Position numbers and translations under genes: made by a program
Part shown: positions 41,661-52,800 of the stretch, one piece after another
Numbering within the stretch: the stretch's first letter is position 1
Layout of the letters: every line of letters starts with the position of its first letter
Notes under the pieces: generated by a model
The model's input: only the letters and a program-made list of their open reading frames with translations
Told to the model about the DNA's origin: nothing
The model's database searches: none
Origin: Eledone cirrhosa
Taxonomy: Eukaryota
Reading direction: 5' to 3'
NCBI GenBank assembly: GCA_964016885.1
Contig: OZ024743.1
Location: 16,926,001-16,990,000 of the forward strand
Length of the DNA stretch: 64,000 bases

Positions 41661-43757
41661 ATGGCTACGAAAAAGAAATTTCATACGTCACTCCCACTCA
41701 TTCCGTCTTCTTCTTCCTCAATCATCACTACAGCAGAGAGAAGATTGTCTCTCTCCCTCCCTTCTTTAAATGTGTCTCTCTCCCTCCCTTCTCTTTCGCA
41801 AGCGACGAAAGAAAAGAAAAGTCTCGTGCAAAGCGTGCAAGGTTTCTCCACGACGACGACGACAGCGACGAAACAGGTGTGCGGGAAATACGAAAACCCA
41901 GTTCATTCGTCTGACGTCAGGAATAATAGCAGTAGCAGCCGTAATAACAACAGCAACAGTGACAATGAAAACAACAGTAGCAGCCGCAACAGCATCACCA
42001 GCAGCATAAACAACAACAGCATTAGCAGCAGCAACACCAACAACAACCACAGCAACAGCGGCGGAGGCAGTAGTCGTAGTACCTGCAGCAACAACAAAAG
42101 TACCAGCAGCTCTGACGACAACAACAACAGCAGAGAAAAACCAATCTCATTTGCAGGTATTGCGAAAAACTTGGAAACAATCCTCATAACAAATGAGGAA
42201 TTAGAGGAAGCGAAGAAGATGGTGACAAAGAACGGACACCGAGCAATCTGCAAGGCAGCGAAAAACTTTTTCGAAACCCAAGAGCACTGTACGGTCACGT
42301 ACCGTACAGTAAGTACAAAATCCCGTAGGGTGGAAAGAGCCACAGAGGCCCAAATACAAAAAGCCTTGGGGTCTGTGTGGCAGAGGAAAACGCACATCAC
42401 CCGAGGCAAAAAATACGCCACCGTAGACGTACTTTTTGCCACACCCCAGGAGGCAAAGGCCCAATCAGTAGTGACCCTAAGGAGCGAGGAAATGGTGTTG
42501 GTGCCCTCCTACTGCGGGCAAGAAATTGTGAGGGTCAAACTGACCCACGTCCCCCCCGGAATGACCTCTTCTTGGCTGGCCGTGTCTGTCCTCGTCGGAA
42601 TCGAGGACAAAACAACTGTACTGCAAGTACAGAAAAAAGTAAGAGAAGATTGGGTCGGCTCCTCCATTGAGATGCTAATCCAAACCAACCAGGAGGGCAT
42701 CGAAGCTATCCCGGATGTGATAGACTTCGATAACGGCACTCAACTGCCCATAAGTGTTGAGGGCAAACGCCCGAAATGCTTTCGCTGTGGATCGAAGACT
42801 CACCTCAGGGCCTTCTGCAACGAGAAGACCCTGAGAAAGGAGAAAACCCCCCTCCTTCCGAATCCGGCTCCACGGCTACCAGCAACAGGACAAGCGGCAA
42901 CCAGGAACGATAGGTCCGAGGCACCCATACCCACTCCACGGAAATCAAAGACAGCAGCAGCAGTGGAAATATTAACAACAGCAACAGCAATACCAAATGC
43001 AGCTGCAACAGAGACTCCAGTGCAAACATCACCAACAACAACAAGTGAAAGAGTGGAGCTGGTACCCCTCCCCGACCTTACAGAATCAGACATGGAGTGT
43101 GAGGTGGGAGAGGGATGGCAAAATGTCGCAAGAAGGCACAAACGCAGAAGCAGCGCATCGTCGCCTTTGAAAAGGGAGGAAAGAAATGAGAAAAGGGTAA
43201 AGTCTACTGCAAAGAGACCCACAGCAGCAACACCACCAACACCATCACCATCCACACCAGCACCACCATCACCACCGGCGACAACCCCACCGCCAACAAC
43301 ACCTTCAACACCACCACCACAAGCACCAACATCGCAAACACAACAACAAAACACACACACCCAGCAACAACGACAAGAAAATAGCAGAACCACACCCCAC
43401 CCCCAGAAAAACAAATGCACGGCAATAAACACACACAACAAGAAACTAATGACTTACATAATTGAACACACAGACATTTCACAACAGGACTACATAATAC
43501 CAGCACCAATCAAAACGCCAACTAACATAAGACTGCTAAAAATAGCACAGAAACAATACACAAACATTAAAACGAAATTCCCCAACGCAGTTGGTGATTT
43601 CAGGGACCTAGGAGGAACCATTAATCGAAGAGTATATTCAGACATTCTCTTAGAAGAGCCGACGACCAGCCGAAGGGACGATTCAACGGTCCCTTCACCA
43701 GACGATCAAGTGAAAAGGGATGTAAAAACCATCCCTCCTCTACCAAAAGTACGGTAA
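41661..43757 (+). CDS. LINE ORF1 (gag-like, 698 aa from ATG) with CCHC zinc knuckle
   Basis: CFRCGSKTHLRAFC (CX2CX4HX4C); S/N-rich and P/T-rich low-complexity arms; W..V.RR motif; lies upstream of ORF2. Confidence 0.88.
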   Translation: MATKKKFHTSLPLIPSSSSSIITTAERRLSLSLPSLNVSLSLPSLSQATKEKKSLVQSVQGFSTTTTTATKQVCGKYENPVHSSDVRNNSSSSRNNNSNSDNENNSSSRNSITSSINNNSISSSNTNNNHSNSGGGSSRSTCSNNKSTSSSDDNNNSREKPISFAGIAKNLETILITNEELEEAKKMVTKNGHRAICKAAKNFFETQEHCTVTYRTVSTKSRRVERATEAQIQKALGSVWQRKTHITRGKKYATVDVLFATPQEAKAQSVVTLRSEEMVLVPSYCGQEIVRVKLTHVPPGMTSSWLAVSVLVGIEDKTTVLQVQKKVREDWVGSSIEMLIQTNQEGIEAIPDVIDFDNGTQLPISVEGKRPKCFRCGSKTHLRAFCNEKTLRKEKTPLLPNPAPRLPATGQAATRNDRSEAPIPTPRKSKTAAAVEILTTATAIPNAAATETPVQTSPTTTSERVELVPLPDLTESDMECEVGEGWQNVARRHKRRSSASSPLKREERNEKRVKSTAKRPTAATPPTPSPSTPAPPSPPATTPPPTTPSTPPPQAPTSQTQQQNTHTQQQRQENSRTTPHPQKNKCTAINTHNKKLMTYIIEHTDISQQDYIIPAPIKTPTNIRLLKIAQKQYTNIKTKFPNAVGDFRDLGGTINRRVYSDILLEEPTTSRRDDSTVPSPDDQVKRDVKTIPPLPKVR

Positions 43758-43792
43758 GTGGTCTTTCCCATCTTTTCCACTCTATTTTAAAC

Positions 43793-46700
43793 ATGACCTC
43801 ACTCAGAATAGGCAGCATAAATGCGCGTGGCTTGGGGTCGTCATGGAAGCAGGGTCACCTGCTCAACGACCTCAGGTCACTAAACATAGATGTAGTGGCC
43901 ATCAGCGAGACCAGAATCTCCGAAGCACGGGCCTTCGCACCGATCTTCGGCGGCTTCGATGTGTACGCATCTCCCAGCCGTCCTGGATCCGGTGGAGGAG
44001 TTGCTGTGCTTTTTCGGAGAGGTTTGGATCTCGCCATACGGGCCATCTTCCTGGACCCAGAGGGTAAGCTGGTGGTGCTGGGCGTGACCAGCGGAGACGG
44101 GCAAGCTTTCAGGCTAGTGGCCGTCTATGCCCCGACAGGAGCAGGGCGGCCTGATTTCTTCCGGCGTCTGGAGACCTTTCTTGGAACGTCCCGCTCTTTA
44201 GTGTTAGTGGGCGACTGGAACGGGATCTTAGATGCACGCTGGGACTGTGTGGGATTAGCGGATAGGGGTGGAGGGTGCAAGAGCCTCACCAACCTGCTCA
44301 GGCGTTTTGAACTGTCTGACAGGTACCGATTGGATTTCCCGAATGTGCCAATGTGGACTTGGACAAACCGCATAGGGTCATCCAGATCATATCTAGATAG
44401 AGTATTTTGTAGGGAAATAGATAGGTCTAGCATAGGCTGTCCACAATTCAAGATAGTCAGCTACACGGACCACAAATTCGTGACCTGTGTGCTTGACTTA
44501 GATAGGCTTCATAGACGAGGACCCGGCTACTGGAAGCTAAACGCGTCCTTACCAGCGCGCAAGGCCTACAGAGACCGGATTAGCGAACTAGTTAAGCGGG
44601 CGTTGACGGGGGCCATCGTCAACAACAAGTGGTGGTTTGCTCTGAAAAGAGCGATTAGAATAGAATCGATTAGGTTTAGTAAGGCTTTAGCAATAGAGAA
44701 AAATAGAGCAGAGGGAGAACTAGTTAGAAAATTAGACGAGGCGCTTAGCAAAGGCATTGCGACCGACGTGCTTGCGGCGAAATTGGCCCTTGACCAATTC
44801 TTCAATGCAAAGCACGAAGGCTGCGTTGTCAGAGCAAGGGTGCGTGCTCTCAGACACGAGGGGACGAAAGCCGTGCAATGGGCCCGAGTGGCGGAGGCGC
44901 GTCGTGGCAACATAGCCACGATCCGGTCTTTGGTGGACCACGACGGGCGCATGCTACTCGATCCCGGGCAAATGTGTGAAGCTTTTCAGCGACACTTCGC
45001 TCAGCTGTTCGGGGGCAGCGGTGGGCCGGGTAGAGGGATGGACTTTAGTGTCTACCTCGACGGACTGCCGCGGCTCTCGGCCACTGAGGCGAAGTGTTGC
45101 GAAAAGCCGATAACAGCCGCTGAAGTAAGGGAGGCAATGACTGGCTGCACAAGGGGTAAATCGCCTGGTTTGGATGGTCTGCCCTATGAACTTTACGTAC
45201 AGATGCCAGACTTGTTCGGAGGCCTCTTGGCGGACGTCTACTGCAACTGGCAACAGAACGGGAGAATTCCCAGTTCTGTGAGCCGAGGAGCGGTGGCACT
45301 GCTGAGAAAGGATCCGAACAAGGGGGATAACATAGAAAATTTCCGGCCCATAACTCTGCTAAACACAGAGTTTAAGATTTTGGCCAAGGTGCTAGCAAAG
45401 AGGTTGGCGCTTGTCGTTGGTGGTCTGGTGGGAGAGGCGCAGACATGCGCCATTCCCGACAGATCCATCCACGACAACCTCCACCTCATGCGATACATCG
45501 TAGAGAGGGTAGCTAGGGAACCTGGCACGGGTGGGTCCTTGATCAATTTAGATCAGTCGAAAGCTTTCGATAGGGTCGACCATCGTTACCTAGCGGCAGT
45601 CCTGAGGGCGGCTGGCTTTGGGCCCGTCTTCAGAGGCTGGATCGCTGCCATGCACAGCGACATCTGCTCTGTGGTGAGAGTGAACGGTCACCTGTCGGAA
45701 CCGTTCAACATCATGCGCTCGGTCCGCCAAGGATGTCCCCTCTCGTCCCTCTTGTACGTATTGACGCTCGAGCCATTACTGCACAAACTGGAGACGTTGA
45801 GGGGAGTCCCGCGCGAACTAGGATGCGGAAGATCCGTGTCAGCATATGCGGACGATGTCACCGTAGTGGTGTCGAACGCCAAACACATCGAGGCGATCGG
45901 CACTACACTAAGAGAATACGAAGCGGTGACAGGAGCAATGATCAACCAGGAAAAGTCAGTGGGCCTGCAGCTCGGCACCTGGAGAGGCAGGTCCATGCCG
46001 TCCAACAGCGTCGTCGGGCGCTGGACGGACGGACCGGTTAAATTGCTAGGGGTCTGGTTCGGTCCGGACCTCCAGACGGACAAAAACTGGGACGAGGTGA
46101 CGAGCAGGGTGGCTTCTCTCACCCAGAAATGGGCGGAGAGGAAGCTATCCCTGAAAGGTCGAGCGGAGGTGGCTAACGCGTACATCGCGTCTGTCATCTG
46201 CTACCGCCTAACCGTCGTACCTTGTCCTAAGCCTCGCCTGACTGCGCTGGAGCGTTTGCTCTTTCGCTTTTTGTGGAAGGGACGTGCTCCGATGGTCAGG
46301 CGGTCCATCTGTTGTCAACACCCGCTACGTGGAGGGCTGGGCATGCCGTGGCTGATGATGCGCAGGCACGCGCTCAGGCTACGACATCTCCACCTCTTCC
46401 TCGACGGTGATAAGGTGTGGTCGCCGTTTGCTAGACGCGTTTTTCCCCAGCTCGTTTCCTTGACGGAGCTGCAGTCCTGGGTCAAGCGAAGACCGAGAGG
46501 GAGCGCCTGGAGACTGGAATGTCTTCAGGCGCTCACAGCCCTCGACCAATCGGGCAATGTGATCGGTGGAAACTCCACCTCGGCGTTCTATAGAGGATTA
46601 GTGGAGGGGAAGAGCGACGACGTACTTGGGGAAACTCTAGGCGTCGACGAAAATCAACTAGCCAATCTCTTCGGAAGAACTTTCGGGCCAGGGCCTATGG

Positions 46701-47212
46701 ACAACTTCCAGAAATCTCTGGCCTGGCAGTGCTACCGAGGAGCCTTGCCAGTTCGGGATAAACTCTACAGGCATGGAGGTGCCGTCAGCCGGGCATGTCC
46801 GAGATGCGCGCATGGCGACGAAACCGTCCTGCACGCACTCGTCCAGTGTCCGAAAATTGCTGACTTGTGGGTTTATGTCGAACACCTGCTGTCGCGTTTA
46901 GGACGGATCCAGCTATCATCTGAGTCTATCGTGAGGATTGCCCCGCCCTCCTCCTTTAGCCGGGAAGGGCAGGCAGTTTTTATCTGTCTGGTGGCCATGG
47001 CGAAAGAGATAGTATGGTGGACACGTTTGAAAGGGCTGAAGACGAGCACTTACCTCTTCGGTGATGCTCTGATTGACTTTTTCAAATTTCATTTGAAAAG
47101 GAAAATCAGAGTAGAGAGGGAAGTGCTCGCTTCCCAGCATTTTGTTGAAAGATGGGTGAGAGAAGCAAGAATGGCCCGAGTGAATGGGCCGACTCTGAGT
47201 ATATATCTGTAA
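43793..47212 (+). CDS. LINE ORF2: APE endonuclease, reverse transcriptase and C-terminal CCHC (1139 aa)
   Basis: SINARGL, AISET, VYAP, GDWN, LDRVF, TDH; KSPGLDGLP, FRPITLLN, DQSKAFDRV, VRQGCPLS, YADD; CPRC..ETVLHALVQC. Confidence 0.96.
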   Translation: MTSLRIGSINARGLGSSWKQGHLLNDLRSLNIDVVAISETRISEARAFAPIFGGFDVYASPSRPGSGGGVAVLFRRGLDLAIRAIFLDPEGKLVVLGVTSGDGQAFRLVAVYAPTGAGRPDFFRRLETFLGTSRSLVLVGDWNGILDARWDCVGLADRGGGCKSLTNLLRRFELSDRYRLDFPNVPMWTWTNRIGSSRSYLDRVFCREIDRSSIGCPQFKIVSYTDHKFVTCVLDLDRLHRRGPGYWKLNASLPARKAYRDRISELVKRALTGAIVNNKWWFALKRAIRIESIRFSKALAIEKNRAEGELVRKLDEALSKGIATDVLAAKLALDQFFNAKHEGCVVRARVRALRHEGTKAVQWARVAEARRGNIATIRSLVDHDGRMLLDPGQMCEAFQRHFAQLFGGSGGPGRGMDFSVYLDGLPRLSATEAKCCEKPITAAEVREAMTGCTRGKSPGLDGLPYELYVQMPDLFGGLLADVYCNWQQNGRIPSSVSRGAVALLRKDPNKGDNIENFRPITLLNTEFKILAKVLAKRLALVVGGLVGEAQTCAIPDRSIHDNLHLMRYIVERVAREPGTGGSLINLDQSKAFDRVDHRYLAAVLRAAGFGPVFRGWIAAMHSDICSVVRVNGHLSEPFNIMRSVRQGCPLSSLLYVLTLEPLLHKLETLRGVPRELGCGRSVSAYADDVTVVVSNAKHIEAIGTTLREYEAVTGAMINQEKSVGLQLGTWRGRSMPSNSVVGRWTDGPVKLLGVWFGPDLQTDKNWDEVTSRVASLTQKWAERKLSLKGRAEVANAYIASVICYRLTVVPCPKPRLTALERLLFRFLWKGRAPMVRRSICCQHPLRGGLGMPWLMMRRHALRLRHLHLFLDGDKVWSPFARRVFPQLVSLTELQSWVKRRPRGSAWRLECLQALTALDQSGNVIGGNSTSAFYRGLVEGKSDDVLGETLGVDENQLANLFGRTFGPGPMDNFQKSLAWQCYRGALPVRDKLYRHGGAVSRACPRCAHGDETVLHALVQCPKIADLWVYVEHLLSRLGRIQLSSESIVRIAPPSSFSREGQAVFICLVAMAKEIVWWTRLKGLKTSTYLFGDALIDFFKFHLKRKIRVEREVLASQHFVERWVREARMARVNGPTLSIYL

Positions 47213-47717
47213 ACTAAAGGTGGAAAACTGGGAGAGGGCACTTGCCTTGGTGGTCAGGGTCATTGTGGCTTTTTACTGGGCTTTCTCCACAAATGTCCCT
47301 CCGAAGTCTCCCCCCTATTGGGGAATTTTTCATTGTTATTTTCATTGTTATTTTTGTTACATCCTCTGTTTTTGTTTTTTTTACACGCAGAAATGCCCAT
47401 TTGTACCGTCCTGCATTGTCCTGCACTGTCCTTAATGTCTACTTTATGTAAACCCTTGTGGTTAATAAAGAAATCATTATTATTATTATTATTATTATTA
47501 TTGAATGCCATGGCTGACGGAGGCTCGGCTCTGTAAGGTATAGTAATTTTTAACCGTTAAAACAATTGTAAATTGTTTAAAACTTGAACCAAATTGTTGA
47601 TAAAGACACCCTCCTCCTCGTGAGAGGGGTCTTTCTGTCCGTTATTTGGCCCTTCGGGGTTAAATAACCAGTTATTGGGGTTTTGTACCCAAAATTTCAT
47701 TTTAAACAAAAAACAAC

Positions 47718-49815
47718 ATGGCTACAAAAAAGAAATTTCATACGTCACTCCCACTCATTCCGTCTTCTTCTTCCTCAATCATCACTACAGCAGAGAGAAG
47801 ATTGTCTCTCTCCCTCCCTTCTTTAAATGTGTCTCTCTCCCTCCCTTCTCTTTCGCAAGTGACGAAAGAAAAGAAAAGTCTCGTGCAAAGCGTGCAAGGT
47901 TTCTCCACGACGACGACGACAGCGACGAAACAGGTGTGCGGGAAATACGAAAACCCAGTTCATTCGTCTGACGTCAGGAATAATAGCAGTAGCAGCCGTA
48001 ATAACAACAGCAACAGTGACAATGAAAACAACAGTAGCAGCCGCAACAGCATCACCAGCAGCATAAACAACAACAGCATTAGCAGCAGCAACACCAACAA
48101 CAACCACAGCAACAGCGGCGGAGGCAGTAGTCGTAGTACCTGCAGCAACAACAAAAGTACCAGCAGCTCTGACGACAACAACAACAGCAGAGAAAAACCA
48201 ATCTCATTTGCAGGTATTGCGAAAAACTTGGAAACAATCCTCATAACAAATGAGGAATTAGAGGAAGCGAAGAAGATGGTGACAAAGAACGGACACCGAG
48301 CAATCTGCAAGGCAGCGGAAAAATTTTTCAAAACCCAAGAGCACTGTACGGTCACGTACCGTACAGTAAGTACAAAATCCCGTAGGGTGGAAAGAGCCAC
48401 AGAGGCCCAAATACAAAAAGCCTTGGGGTCTGTGTGGCAGCGGAAAACGCACATCACCCGAGGCAAAAAATATGCCACCGTAGACGTACTTTTTGCCACA
48501 CCCCAGGAGGCAAAGGCCCAATCAGTAGTGACCCTAAGGAGCGAGGAAATGGTGTTGGTGCCCTCCTACTGCGGGCAAAAAATTGTGAGGGTCAAACTGA
48601 CCCACGTCCCCCCCCGGAATGACCCCTTCTTGGCTGGCCGCGTCTGTCCTAATCGGAATCGAGGACAAAACAACTGTACTGCAAGTACAGAAAAAAGTAA
48701 GAGAAGATTGGGTCGGCTCCTCCATTGAGATGCTAATCCAAACCAACCAGGAGTGCATCGAAGCTATCCCGGATGTGATAGACTTCGATAACGGCACTCA
48801 ACTGCCCATAAGTGTTGAGGGCAAACGCCCGAAATGCTTTCGCTGTGGATCGAAGACTCACCTCAGGGCCTTCTGCAACGAGAAGACCCTGAGAAAGGAG
48901 AAAACCCCCCTCCTTCCGAATCCGGCTCCACGGCTACCAGCAACAGGACAAGCGGCAACCAGGAACGATAGGTCCGTGGCACCCATACCCACGCCACGGA
49001 AATCAAAAACAGCAGCAGCAGTGGAAATATTAACAACAACAACAGCAATACCAAATGCAGCTGCAACAGAGACTCCAGTGCAAACATCACCAACAACAAC
49101 AAGTGAAAGAGTGGAGCTGGTACCCCTCCCCGACCTCACAGAATCAGACATGGAGTGTGAGATGGGAGAGAGATGGCAAAAGGTCGTAAGAAGGCACAAA
49201 CGCAGAAGCAGCGCATCGTCGCCTTTGAAAAGGGAGGAAAGAAATGAGAAAAGGGTAAAGTCTACTGCAAAGAGACCCACAGCAGCAACAACACCAACAC
49301 CATCACCACCCACACTAGCGCCACCATCACCACCGGCGACAACCCCACCGCCAACAACACCTTCAACACCACCACCACAAGCACCAACATCGCAAACACA
49401 ACAACAAAACACACACACCCAGCAACAACGACAAGAATATAGCAGAACCACACCCCACCCCCAGAAAAACAAATGCACGGCAATAAATACACACAACAAG
49501 AAACTAATGACTTACATAATTGAACACACAGACATTTCACAACAGGACTACATAATACCAGCACCAATCAAAACGCCAACTAACATAAGACTGCTAAAAA
49601 TAGCACAGAAACAATACACAAACATTAAAACGAAATTCCCCAACGCAGTTGGTGATTTCAGGGACCTAGGAGGAACCATTAATCGAAGAGTATATTCAGA
49701 CATTCTCTTAGAAGAGCCGACGACCAGCCGAAGGGACGATTCAACGGTCCCTTCACCAGACGATCAAGTGAAAAGGGATGTAAAAACCATCCCTCCTCTA
49801 CCAAAAGTACGGTAA
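47718..49815 (+). pseudogene. ORF1 of copy 2, frameshifted
   Basis: C8 at 48608-48615 versus C7 in copies 1 and 3 splits the ORF (could be a homopolymer sequencing error). Confidence 0.8.
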
Positions 49816-49850
49816 GTGGTCTTTCCCATCTTTTCCACTCTATTTTAAAC

Positions 49851-52800
49851 ATGACCTCACTCAGAATAGGCAGCATAAATGCGCGTGGCTTGGGGTCGTC
49901 ATGGAAGCAGGGTCACCTGCTCAACGACCTCAGGTCACTAAACATAGATGTAGTGGCCATCAGCGAGACCAGAATCTCCGAAGCACGGGCCTTCGCACCG
50001 ATCTTCGGCGGCTACGATGTGTACGCATCTCCCAGCCGTCCTGGATCGGGTGGAGGAGTTGCTGTGCTTTTTCGGAGAGGTTTGGATCTCGCCATACGGG
50101 CCATCTTCCTGGACCCAGAGGGTAAGCTGGTGGTGCTGGACGTGACCAGCGGAGACGGGCAAGCTTTCAGGCTAGTGGCCGTCTATGCCCCGACAGGAGC
50201 AGGGCGGCCTGATTTCTTCCGGCGTCTGGAGACCTTTCTTGGAACGTCCCGCTCTTTAGTGTTAGTGGGCGACTGGAACGGGATCTTAGATGCACGCTGG
50301 GACTGTGTGGGATTAGCGGATAGGGGTGGAGGGTGCAAGAGCCTCACCAACCTGCTCAGGCGTTTTGAACTGTCTGACAGGTACCGATTGGATTTCCCGA
50401 ATGTGCCAATGTGGACTTGGACAAACCGCATAGGGTCATCCAGATCATATCTAGATAGAGTATTTTGTAGGGAAATAGATAGGTCTAGCATAGGCTGTCC
50501 ACAATTCAAGATAGTCAGCTACACGGACCACAAATTCGTGATCTGTGTGCTTGACTTAGATAGGCTTCATAGACGAGGACCCGGCTACTGGAAGCTAAAC
50601 GCGTCCTTACCAGCGCGCAAGGCCTACAGAGACCGGATTAGCGAACTAGTTAAGAGGGCGTTGACGGGGGCCATCATCAACAACAAGTGGTGGTTTGCTC
50701 TGAAAAGAGCGATTAGAATAGAATCGATTAGGTTTAGTAAGGCTTTAGCAATAGAGAAAAATAGAGCAGAGGGAGAACTAGTTAGAAAATTAGACGAGGC
50801 GCTTAGCAAAGGCATTGCGACCGACGTGCTTGCGGCGAAATTGGCCCTTGACCAATTCTTCAATGCAAAGCACGAAGGCTGCGTTGTCAGAGCTAGGGTG
50901 CGTGCTCTCAGACACGAGGGGACGAAAGCCGTTCAATGGGCCCGAGTGGCGGAGGCGCGTCGTGGCAACAAAGCCACGATCCGGTCTTTGGTGGACCACG
51001 ACGGGCGCATGCTACTCGATCCCGGGCAAATGTGTGAAGCTTTTCAGCGACACTTCGCTCAGCTGTTCGGGGGCAGCGGGGGGCCGGGTAGAGGGATGGA
51101 CTTTAGTGTCTACCTCGACGGACTGCCGCGGCTCTCGGCCACTGAGGCGAAGTGTTGCGAAAAGCCGATAACAGCCGCTGAAGTAAGGGAGGCAATGACT
51201 GGCTGCACAAGGGGTAAATCGCCTGGTTTGGATGGTCTGCCCTATGAACTTTACGTACAGATGCCAGACTTGTTCGGAGGCCTCTTGGCGGACGTCTACT
51301 GCAACTGGCAACAGAACGGGAGAATTCCCAGTTCTGTGAGCCGAGGAGCGGTGGCACTGCTGAGAAAGGATCCGAACAAGGGGGATAACATAGACAATTT
51401 CCGGCCCATAACTCTGCTAAACACAGAGTTTAAGATTTTGGCCAAGGTGCTAGCAAAGAGGTTGGCGCTTGTCGTTGGTGGTCTGGTGGGAGAGGCGCAG
51501 ACATGCGCCATTCCCGACAGATCCATCCACGACAACCTCCACCTCATGCGATACATCGTAGAGAGGGTAGCTAGGGAACCTGGCACGGGTGGGTCCTTGA
51601 TCAATTTAGATCAGTCGAAAGCTTTCGATAGGGTCGATCATCGTTACCTAGCGGCAGTCCTGAGGGCGGCTGGCTTTGGGCCCGTCTTCAGAGGCTGGAT
51701 CGCTGCCATGCACAGCGACATCTGCTCTGTAGTGAGAGTGAACGGTCACCTGTCGGAACCGTTCAACATCATGCGCTCGGTCCGCCAAGGATGTCCCCTC
51801 TCGTCCCTCTTGTACGTATTGACTCTCGAGCCATTACTGCACAAACTGGAGACGTTGAGGGGAGTCCCGCGCGAACTAGGATGCGGAAGATCCGTGTCAG
51901 CATATGCGGACGATGTCACCGTAGTGGTGTCGAACGCCAAACACATCGAGGCGATCGGCACTACACTAAGAGAATACGAAGCGGTGACAGGAGCAATGAT
52001 CAACCAGGAAAAGTCAGTGGGCCTGCAGCTCGGCACCTGGAGAGGCAGGTCCATGCCGTCCAACAGCGTCGTCGGGCGCTGGACGGACGGACCGGTTAAA
52101 TTGCTAGGGGTCTGGTTCGGTCCGGACCTCCAGACGGACAAAAACTGGGACGAGGTGACGAGCAGGGTGGCTTCTCTCACCCAGAAATGGGCGGAGAGAA
52201 AGCTATCCCTGAAAGGTCGAGCGGAGGTGGCTAACGCGTACATCGCGTCTGTCATCTGCTACCGCCTAACCGTCGTACCTTGTCCTAAGCCTCGCCTGAC
52301 TGCGCTGGAGCGTTTGCTCTTTCGCTTTTTGTGGAAGGGACGTGCTCCGATGGTCAGGCGGTCCATCTGTTGTCAACACCCGCTACGTGGAGGGCTGGGC
52401 ATGCCGTGGCTGATGATGCGCAGGCACGCGCTCAGGCTACGACATCTCCACCTCTTCCTCGACGGTGATCAGGTGTGGTCGCCGTTTGCTAGACGCGTTT
52501 TTCCCCAGCTCGTTTCCTTGACGGAGCTGCAGTCCTGGGTCAAGCGAAGACCGAGAGGGAGCGCCTGGAGACTGGAATGTCTTCAGGCGCTCACAGCCCT
52601 CGACCAATCGGGCAATGTGATCGGTGGAAACTCCACCTCGGCGTTCTATAGAGGATTAGTGGAGGGGAAGAGCGACGACGTACTTGGGGAAACTCTAGGC
52701 GTCGACGAAAATCAACTAGCCAATCTCTTCGGAAGAACTTTCGGGCCAGGGCCTATGGACAACTTCCAGAAATCTCTGGCCTGGCAGTGCTACCGAGGAG

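Larger units (their letters stand above)
41448..47475 (+). mobile_element. Full-length L1/Tx1-type non-LTR retrotransposon, copy 1 (both ORFs intact)
   Basis: Starts GAATGCCATGG after (ATT)n, ends AATAAAGAAATC before (ATT)n; two long ORFs. Confidence 0.95.
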
